NCBI GenBank assembly: GCA_900234795.1
Contig: LT962688.1
Coordinates: 4,740,001-4,772,000 of the forward strand
Direction: 5' to 3'
DNA length: 32,000 nucleotides
DNA from: Methylorubrum extorquens
GTDB taxonomy: Bacteria; Pseudomonadota; Alphaproteobacteria; Rhizobiales; Beijerinckiaceae
Shown: positions 25,229-30,829 of the stretch, in pieces
How the letters are laid out: every line of letters begins with the position of its first letter
Position numbering within the stretch: position 1 is the stretch's first letter
Notes under the pieces: model-generated
What the model saw: only the letters and a program-made list of their open reading frames with translations
What the model was told of the DNA's origin: nothing
Databases searched by the model: none
Program-made: the position numbers and the translations under genes

Positions 25229-25594
25229 ATGTCAGACGCGCATACGACGTCAGCTCCGAGCCACCCGTTCATCGAGAGCAGTCGTGTCGAAGGCACTGCT
25301 GTGTACGACGCAAACGGAAAACAAATTGGGATAATCAAGCGCCTTGTGATTGAGAAGGTAAATGGCAATGTCGCTTATGCAGTCACCTCGTTCAGAAAAT
25401 TTATTGGCGGAAGTTCAGACAGTCACACAATTCCGTGGAATTATCTGCACTACGATTTGGGCCTGCAAGGCTATCGCACAAACATCACGGAGGAGCAGCT
25501 GCATAACGCGCCTGAGTTCTCAAGGCGCGATGATCATCTAATTTCCGGACAGGAGTGGGAACTGCTTGCTGAATATTATGCAGGACCCTTGTAG
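25229..25594 (+). CDS. PRC-barrel domain protein
   Basis: A strong SD (AAGGAG) lies 7 nt upstream of the ATG. SSRVEGTAVYDANGKQIGIIKRLVIEKVNGNVAYAVTSF...HTIPWNYLHYD is the PRC-barrel pattern. Confidence 0.85.
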   Translation: MSDAHTTSAPSHPFIESSRVEGTAVYDANGKQIGIIKRLVIEKVNGNVAYAVTSFRKFIGGSSDSHTIPWNYLHYDLGLQGYRTNITEEQLHNAPEFSRRDDHLISGQEWELLAEYYAGPL

Positions 25595-25965
25595 TGGTTG
25601 CACTTGCCGTCCCTGTGTACGCGAGGAGCTGCTCGGGCATCTCGCAGTTCGACAACCTCATCGTCAGCTACCCTGCATCGGGTCTGCCACCCGCCTGAAA
25701 GCTGTCTCATCGAGCCAAGGCGGGCGGCAGGCAGGCCCATCATGAGCCCGACGCTTTCCGCTTGGTCTACGGCCGGCGCGACCGTTCCCTCGTTCGCGCA
25801 GCCCAGCGCACCCGCGAACCTCCTGAGCCTCGCGCCGACCGATCGATCGAGCGCAGGATATCCATCGGACCGATCACAACGTTCGCTGGGGAGACCCCAA
25901 AGTTGATGCGGGCGCCGTTTGTGAAACGAGCAGGCCGTCAGCTCATTGATCGAATATTGACCCAG

Positions 25966-25997
25966 GGCCGCTTTCGACCCCAGTCGGACCTTCGAGC
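25966..25997 (+). repeat. Copy B of a short dispersed repeat
   Basis: GGCCGCTTTCGACCCCAGTCGGACCTTCGAGC; see copy A at 24799-24829. Confidence 0.5.
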
Positions 25998-26228
25998 AGC
26001 CACATCCCAATGTCTAGAGCTGGTGGAAATCGGAGCCTATGAGTTGAGTTCCGGTCGAGACTTTCGCGCCTTCCAAGAGCCTGACTGGCAGCGCCTACCG
26101 CGAGCCATCCGGAAATCTTGAATTATGAAGTTTCGCCTAGCTGCGCCGCGCCGCTGGCGCATCAGCTTTGTCGGTCAGGTGTGAGTGCTGCGTGCGCGTT
26201 GGGACGAGTTTTGACCGATGGCACGCGC

Positions 26229-26256
26229 AAAAAAGGCCGGGCAGTCGGCCCGGCCT
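26229..26256 (-). terminator. Rho-independent terminator of the Cys-rich peptide gene
   Basis: The minus strand reads AGGCCGGGC-CGACT-GCCCGGCCT followed by TTTTT. It starts 25 nt after the TGA. Confidence 0.75.
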
Positions 26257-26280
26257 GATTGCGGCACGACCTGGCGCAGC

Positions 26281-26487
26281 TCAGGTACGCTTACTCATGT
26301 TGCCGCCGCTCATACTCTCGCAGCAGCAACCACCCTTCTTGCCCTTCTGGGCGTGGTTCATTGCCATGCTGCCTTTCCCGCACATCATCGCGCCCTTGCC
26401 CTTGCTGCCACCGCAGCAACTCATGGCGAGAGCAGGGGCAGCGCTCAGCAGTAGCAAGGCTGTCGCGCTCGCAATCAGGTTCTTCAT
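26281..26487 (-). CDS. 68-aa secreted Cys/Met/Gly/Lys-rich peptide (putative periplasmic Cu(I)-binding peptide)
   Basis: GGAGGA SD lies 8 nt upstream of the ATG. The Sec signal is MKNLIASATALLLLSAAPALA. The mature 47 aa read MSCCGGSKGKGAMMCGKGSMAMNHAQKGKKGGCCCESMSGGNMSKRT (6 Cys, 7 Met, 11 Gly, 7 Lys, 1 His). The gene is bracketed by a MerR-type promoter and an intrinsic terminator. Confidence 0.75.
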   Translation of the reverse strand: MKNLIASATALLLLSAAPALAMSCCGGSKGKGAMMCGKGSMAMNHAQKGKKGGCCCESMSGGNMSKRT

Positions 26488-26517
26488 GGCTTGGTGTCCT
26501 CCGCAGGATGCTGCGTG

Positions 26518-26548
26518 ATTGTGATCCTTCCCATAGGGGGAAGGTCAA
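26518..26548 (-). promoter_or_regulatory. MerR-family (CueR/HmrR-type copper) operator-promoter: TTGACC-N19-CACAAT with dyad CCTTCCC-N5-GGGAAGG in the spacer
   Basis: The minus strand reads TTGACCTTCCCCCTATGGGAAGGATCACAAT. The -35 is at 26543-48 and the -10 at 26518-23, with a 19-bp spacer. The dyad closely resembles the E. coli PcopA CueR box ACCTTCC-N7-GGAAGGT. Confidence 0.6.
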
Positions 26549-26594
26549 GCGCTTGACTACCGCTTCACAAAACCGATGTCGGCCGCCACCGCCT

Positions 26595-26642
26595 TCAGGC
26601 TCTCGGGCTCTCGGGCTCTCGGGCTCTCAGGCTCTCAGGCTC
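26595..26642. repeat. Tandem octanucleotide repeat, 6 copies (TCAGGCTC x1, TCGGGCTC x3, TCAGGCTC x2)
   Basis: Read directly. The array forms the last 16 codons plus the stop of the ORF at 26595..26798. Confidence 0.9.
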
Positions 26643-26798
26643 CCGCTCTTTCCGCTCGCTGTAGCGATCCACTAGGTAGTCAGCTCGCTCGCGGGTCAGC
26701 AGCGTGAACTTTATGAGTGCCTCGCAGACCTCCACCACCCGGTCGTAGGGCGGCCTCGGCCTCTTGCGGCCGGCTTCGTCAAACTCCTTGTAGGCCAT
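26595..26798 (-). CDS. Hypothetical 67-aa protein ending in the octamer repeat
   Basis: ATG at 26798 gives [67 protein letters not shown]. There is no clear SD and I do not recognise a family. Confidence 0.3.
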   Translation of the reverse strand: MAYKEFDEAGRKRPRPPYDRVVEVCEALIKFTLLTRERADYLVDRYSERKEREPESLRAREPESPRA

Positions 26799-26875
26799 CG
26801 TCACCGAAGACTGATTCGGGGTGGCAATCATCCGCATCCAGCGCCCGAGCACGCGCAGGCTGTTCACGGCGTTGA

Positions 26876-27178
26876 AGCTCTGCGAGCCGCCGGATGCCGA
26901 GCGTGCTGGTCGGGGTGCTCTCGATCCAGCAAGCCCCGGACCTGTCGCCGCTGACCCGCGAACTGATGGTCTACGCCAACCTGATCGGCTGCGATCTTGG
27001 GCCGAAATTCGCGCCCATCGGCAGCCTCGCCACCCTGCTCTGGCTGCACGTGCTGGCGAGCAAGGGCCAGCGCATCACCTGGGGCCAGTACATGAAGGTC
27101 GGCCTGATTATTACGCCGCCGGTGCTGCTGGTTGGATCCAGCTTTGGCGAAGGGCGGTCCGAAGCCGCTCCGCCCTAA
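26876..27178 (+). pseudogene. arsB: 3' remnant (about the last 95 codons) of an arsenite efflux pump ArsB gene
   Basis: [12 protein letters not shown]...[57 protein letters not shown] aligns with the E. coli ArsB C-terminus (NNMPTVLVGALSI...[31 protein letters not shown]). The roughly 330 upstream codons are missing, and an in-frame stop lies at 26873-75. Confidence 0.75.
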
Positions 27179-27627
27179 GCGAGGTCGTATCTGTTTTGTT
27201 CTCCGCGGCATGGGGAGGACGCCGATCAGGCGCCCTCCTTGCCAGTACCGTCCCAAATGTCCGCCAGCTCGCTAGCGATTCAGGACTCGCTAGGTTGAGG
27301 ACTGATAACTGAGCGCATCACATGGCAACCTTCGCCTCGCGCGATGCTCAACTTATGCTCTCATCCACAGTTGCTCCCGGACCCTAAGATCCGCATCCTC
27401 ACCCCCGGGGCTACGCGCGTAGCGAACCCAAAGTTCTGGCCACCGCAGACCCAAACTTCCGCATAGGTATTTAGTCCTAAATGGATCTGAGGTTGAGCGT
27501 CTCGTCGGCCGACACCGCTTTGTGTCTTTCCAGGGTGCTCCCGACACTCCGCGGAACGCCGCTGTCGCGTGTCCGCGAGGATCCTATGGCCTACGACCAC
27601 TCTGCCCGCGCCAATTGATCCGCCCCC

Positions 27628-27635
27628 AGCGGAGT
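27628..27635. repeat. 8-bp target-site duplication (left copy) of the ISL3 insertion
   Basis: AGCGGAGT lies immediately before GGCTCTTCG... Confidence 0.85.
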
Positions 27636-29389
27636 GGCTCTTCGTCGGGTTTGGTGGATCACGCTGCGAGGAGGAAGCGGCGACGCAGGAGGTCGAGCTT
27701 GGCGCGGCCATACATCGAACGCTTCAACAGCTTGAGGCGGTTGACCTGCCCCTCGTCCTGTCCGCTGCTCCAGGGCAGGCGAAGGCCTGCACGAACAGCG
27801 GCTCCATCCTGAGCGAGGCTGACGGCGAAGCTCTCGACCACCCGCACACCGCAGGCACGGGCGTCGGACAACCAAGCGTCGAAGGCGGTGGTGATGCCGG
27901 GCTTGGCCGGCGCGGCGCTGCAACGGCTGCGAACGATTCGACAGAACCGCCGACCGAGCCCGACGACCTTGGCAGCCTCGTCATCCTGCAGCACGCGCGC
28001 GACCAGTGCTGCGGCGTCGGCGTCGAGGTCATCCGGCTCGCGCAGGAGGTGCCACGACAACTGCTTCGGCGAGGGCAGCGGCGGCGACGGGGGCGCGACC
28101 TGCGCCATGGGCGACGGCGTCTGGAGGCGCCAGATCGTGGTCCTGGCGGGGCGCGTGCGCCGCTCGGACAGCCAGCGTCTGACCTGCTTGACGGTGCCGG
28201 GAAAGCCGCGATCCCGCAGCTCGCGCCAGAGCTGCATGGCGTTCTCGCACCCCGCAGCCTGGCGAGCGTGCAGGTGATCGAGATGAGGATCGAGGATGCT
28301 GCGCCCTGGCCCGCGCCCGTCATGGCGCGGGAAGCCCTCGGCGAAGGCGTACTTGCGCACCGTGGCGCGAGCCAAGCCGGTCTCGCGATTGATGAGCCGG
28401 AGCGACTGCCCGGCCGCACGGCGGCGACGGACATCGTCGTAGAGCTCCTCCCACCGACCGACCGCTGCAGCGCGGGCGAGCGTCTCGGCGGGTGCACGCG
28501 GATAGGCTCTGGTGCGCCGGGTCGAAGGCGCTGGCGCCGTGATCGGCGGCAAGAGCTTCAGGCGCGGGTGGACACGGGCGAGCCAACGCTCGATCATCTG
28601 GCGGGTGTTGAGCAGGAGATGCCACCGGTCAGCGACCTGCACGGCCGCCGGCGCGCCAAGCGTGGTGCCGCGGGCATACTCGGTCGAACGATCGCGCGCC
28701 ACGAGCCGGATCTGTGGCTGGCAGCGGAGCCATGCGGCCCAGGTCTCGGCCGAGCGGTCAGGGAGCAGATCGAGAGGGCGATGGCGTTCGAGGTCGACGA
28801 CGATCGTGCCGTAGGTCCGCCCTTTGCGCAGCGCCCAGTCATCGACGCCGACGACACAGGGTCGAGGCGCCTTCGGCAGCGGCACTCCCCGGATCGTCCG
28901 CAGCAGAGTCGTGGCGCTGGACGGCATGGCCAGGTGTGCGAGCAACCGGGCAGCTGGCTGTCCGCCGAGTGCGAGACCGGTCCGGGCCTGCGCCCCGGCC
29001 AGCCGGCGGGTGCGTTGGGCATGGCGGGCGAGTAGCTTCGGGAACCGTTCGGCGAAGGTTCGGCGGGGGCAGGCTGGGTCGCAGCAGTAGAAGCGCCGAA
29101 CCTCCAACTGCAGCCGAACGGCCTTGCCGCTGGCCGGCAAATCGGCAGGCCGTCGCCGATACCGGCTATGGACCGACGTGCTGATGGCTCGGCACGTCGG
29201 GCAGCGGGCGTGGTCGGGCTTCGCTTCGGCGACGAGGGTGAGGGCGGTGGGGCCGTCCCGCGCGACGCGGACGAGGCGGCAGCCAGGCAAAGGGATGAGC
29301 TGGGTCATGCCCCGATCTGCGAGGCTGAACCGACCACGCCAAGACCCCAACCGTCACGCACCTCGATCCACCAAACTCGGCGATGAACC
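27636..29389 (-). mobile_element. ISL3-family insertion sequence, 1754 bp, apparently intact
   Basis: Terminal IRs are GGCTCTTCGTCGGGTTTGGTGGATC (27636-60) and, in reverse complement, GGTTCATCGCCGAGTTTGGTGGATC (29365-89). It is flanked by the perfect 8-bp direct repeat AGCGGAGT and carries a single transposase ORF. Confidence 0.9.
27659..29308 (-). CDS. ISL3 family transposase
   Basis: MTQLIPLPGCRLV...ARCPTCRAISTSVHSRYRRRPADLP is the zf-ISL3 region. VGVDDWALRKGRTYGTIVVDLERHRPLDLLPDRSAETWAAWL...DRSTEYA is the DDE domain. The ATG at 29308 lies inside the tracked ORF 27659..29350. Confidence 0.9.
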   Translation of the reverse strand: MTQLIPLPGCRLVRVARDGPTALTLVAEAKPDHARCPTCRAISTSVHSRYRRRPADLPASGKAVRLQLEVRRFYCCDPACPRRTFAERFPKLLARHAQRTRRLAGAQARTGLALGGQPAARLLAHLAMPSSATTLLRTIRGVPLPKAPRPCVVGVDDWALRKGRTYGTIVVDLERHRPLDLLPDRSAETWAAWLRCQPQIRLVARDRSTEYARGTTLGAPAAVQVADRWHLLLNTRQMIERWLARVHPRLKLLPPITAPAPSTRRTRAYPRAPAETLARAAAVGRWEELYDDVRRRRAAGQSLRLINRETGLARATVRKYAFAEGFPRHDGRGPGRSILDPHLDHLHARQAAGCENAMQLWRELRDRGFPGTVKQVRRWLSERRTRPARTTIWRLQTPSPMAQVAPPSPPLPSPKQLSWHLLREPDDLDADAAALVARVLQDDEAAKVVGLGRRFCRIVRSRCSAAPAKPGITTAFDAWLSDARACGVRVVESFAVSLAQDGAAVRAGLRLPWSSGQDEGQVNRLKLLKRSMYGRAKLDLLRRRFLLAA

Positions 29390-29397
29390 AGCGGAGT
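29390..29397. repeat. 8-bp target-site duplication (right copy) of the ISL3 insertion
   Basis: AGCGGAGT lies immediately after ...GATGAACC. Confidence 0.85.
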
Positions 29398-29440
29398 GGT
29401 CCGCCCTTTAGTATGGCTTTCGAGCCAGGAGGACGGATCG

Positions 29441-29719
29441 ATGTCGAGGAAGCGACCCAAGCCTGAGGAGATTGTCGCGAAGCTGCGCCAAGCCGACGTG
29501 CTGATCGGTCAAGGTACGAGCGTGGCGGAGGCAATCCGGGCGATCGGCGTGAGCGAGGTTACCTACTACCGCTGGCGTCGTGAGTTCGGCGGGCTGAAGA
29601 CCGATCAGGTCCGGCGCATGAAGGACCTGGAGACGGAGAACCAGCGGCTCAGGAAGGCGATTGCAGACCTGACGCTCGACAAGCTCATCCTGCAGGAGGC
29701 GGCACGGGGAAACTTCTGA
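29441..29719 (+). CDS. IS3 family transposase OrfA (HTH)
   Basis: GGAGGA SD lies 8 nt upstream of the ATG. MSRKRPKPEEIVAKLRQADVLIGQGTSVAEAIRAIGVSEVTYYRWRREFGG is followed by a leucine-zipper-like tail. Confidence 0.9.
   Translation: MSRKRPKPEEIVAKLRQADVLIGQGTSVAEAIRAIGVSEVTYYRWRREFGGLKTDQVRRMKDLETENQRLRKAIADLTLDKLILQEAARGNF
29707..29713 (+). promoter_or_regulatory. Candidate -1 programmed frameshift heptamer G_GGA_AAC joining orfA to orfB
   Basis: It fits X_XXY_YYZ in the orfA frame, 4 nt before the orfA stop. The -1 frame continues GKLLSPARRRACVEHIMLTMNVSERR. Confidence 0.55.
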
Positions 29720-29754
29720 GCCCCGCGCGCCGACGCGCCTGTGTCGAGCACATC

Positions 29755-30624
29755 ATGCTGACGATGAACGTCTCCGAGCGGCGCACCTGCCGGGCGCTCG
29801 GTCAGCATCGCTCGACGCAGCGCAAGGTGCCGCGGGGCCGGGAGGATGAGGCCGCGCTCACCGCCGACCTCGTCGCGTTGGCCGAGCGGTATGGCCGCTA
29901 CGGTTACCGCAAGATCTGCGCGCTGCTGAAGGCCGCCGGCTGGTTCGTCAACGACAAGCGCGTCGAGCGGATTTGGCGGCGTGAAGGGCTGAAGGTGCCG
30001 ACCCGCCAACCCAAGCGCGGGCGCCTCTGGGACAACGACGGCTCCTGCTTGCGGCTGCGGCCTGAGCGGCGCGACCACGTCTGGTCCTACGACTTCGTCG
30101 AAGCGCGCACCCACGATGGCCGGAAGGTGCGCATGCTCAACGTGATTGACGAGTTCACCCGCGAGTGCTTGGCGATCCGGGTCGCACGCAAGCTCAAGGC
30201 AGTCGACGTGATCGACGTCTTGTCCGACCTGTTCATACTGCGCGGCGTGCCCGAGCATGTTCGCTCGGACAATGGCCCTGAGTTCGTGGCCAAGAGCGTG
30301 CAGGCTTGGATCATGGGGGTGGGCGCGAAGACGGCCTACATCGCGCCAGGATCGCCCTGGGAAAATGGCTTCGTCGAAAGCTTCAACGCACGGCTACGCG
30401 ACGAACTGCTGGACGGAGAGATCTTCTATAGCTTGCGGGAGGCGCAGATCCTGATCGAGAGCTGGCGGCGGCACTACAACACCGTCCGCCCGCATGGCGC
30501 ACTCGGCTATCGGCCGCCCGCGCCAGAGGTCTTCTTACCCGCCTTCACCGCTTGGCCGGCTGCGCTCACCCCACCGGCTCCGCCGGCCAAGCGACCCGTG
30601 GAGCAAAGGCCAACCGTGCACTAA
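29755..30624 (+). CDS. IS3 family transposase OrfB (DDE integrase core); expected to be made as an OrfAB fusion from 29441
   Basis: WSYDFVEARTHDGRKVRMLNVIDEFTRE...HVRSDNGPEFVA...SPWENGFVESFNARLRDELL...YNTVRPHGALGYRPP is the rve-type DDE domain. The frame is -1 relative to orfA and is open from about 29701. Confidence 0.9.
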   Translation: MLTMNVSERRTCRALGQHRSTQRKVPRGREDEAALTADLVALAERYGRYGYRKICALLKAAGWFVNDKRVERIWRREGLKVPTRQPKRGRLWDNDGSCLRLRPERRDHVWSYDFVEARTHDGRKVRMLNVIDEFTRECLAIRVARKLKAVDVIDVLSDLFILRGVPEHVRSDNGPEFVAKSVQAWIMGVGAKTAYIAPGSPWENGFVESFNARLRDELLDGEIFYSLREAQILIESWRRHYNTVRPHGALGYRPPAPEVFLPAFTAWPAALTPPAPPAKRPVEQRPTVH

Positions 30625-30829
30625 CTCTATGCCTGGACCACCCGGTGGGGGCAGATCAGGGGACGAGAGCGATGCGCCCCCCGGCTTCTCTGATGCGTGT
30701 GCAGCGACGACCGCCGCAGATCACCACCTAAAGGATTTTATTCAGTAACAACCTTAGATAGCTGATGATGCGGAACTTTGGGGTCAAGATCGGATGATTG
30801 GATCCGGGAGCAACAGTAGCACGGCATAA

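Larger units (their letters stand above)
27616..30658 (+). mobile_element. IS3-family insertion sequence (about 1281 bp of its own sequence), disrupted by an ISL3 insertion in its left IR
   Basis: After removing the insert, IRL is TGATCCGCCCCCAGCGGAGTGGTCCG. The reverse complement of IRR is TGATCTGCCCCCACCGGGTGGTCCAG, ending ...CAGATCA at 30658. The ends are 5'-TG...CA-3'. It carries orfA/orfB with a -1 frameshift. No flanking target duplication is present (CAAT versus GGGG). Confidence 0.8.

Noticed and set aside
25576-26121. ORFs 25576..26010 (-), 25598..25906 (+) and 25762..26121 (+)
   Set aside because: They mutually overlap, have no SD and no motifs, and have odd composition. The region contains a dispersed repeat copy and looks like non-coding or decayed DNA. 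I cannot support a gene call here.
26281-26487. Interpreting the Cys-rich peptide as a RiPP or methanobactin-type precursor
   Set aside because: It has a classical Sec signal peptide with an AxA cleavage site rather than a leader recognised by maturases. No modification, transport or MbnB/C-like genes are adjacent. Monocistronic MerR-type control fits a metal-binding peptide better.
26595-26642. Octamer array as a CRISPR or other spacer-repeat array
   Set aside because: The units are contiguous 8-mers without spacers, and no cas genes are present. It is a simple tandem repeat.
27180-27615. Possible additional IS or transposon end between the arsB relic and the IS3 left end
   Set aside because: Only short hairpins are present (27214-27238 and CTAGCGA/TCGCTAG near 27270-27292). 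I could find no ORF or terminal repeat matching the two identified IS elements, so the evidence is insufficient to name an element.
27569-29035. 488-aa plus-strand ORF opposite the ISL3 transposase
   Set aside because: The minus-strand frame carries the zf-ISL3 and DDE motifs. The plus-strand ORF has no recognisable features.
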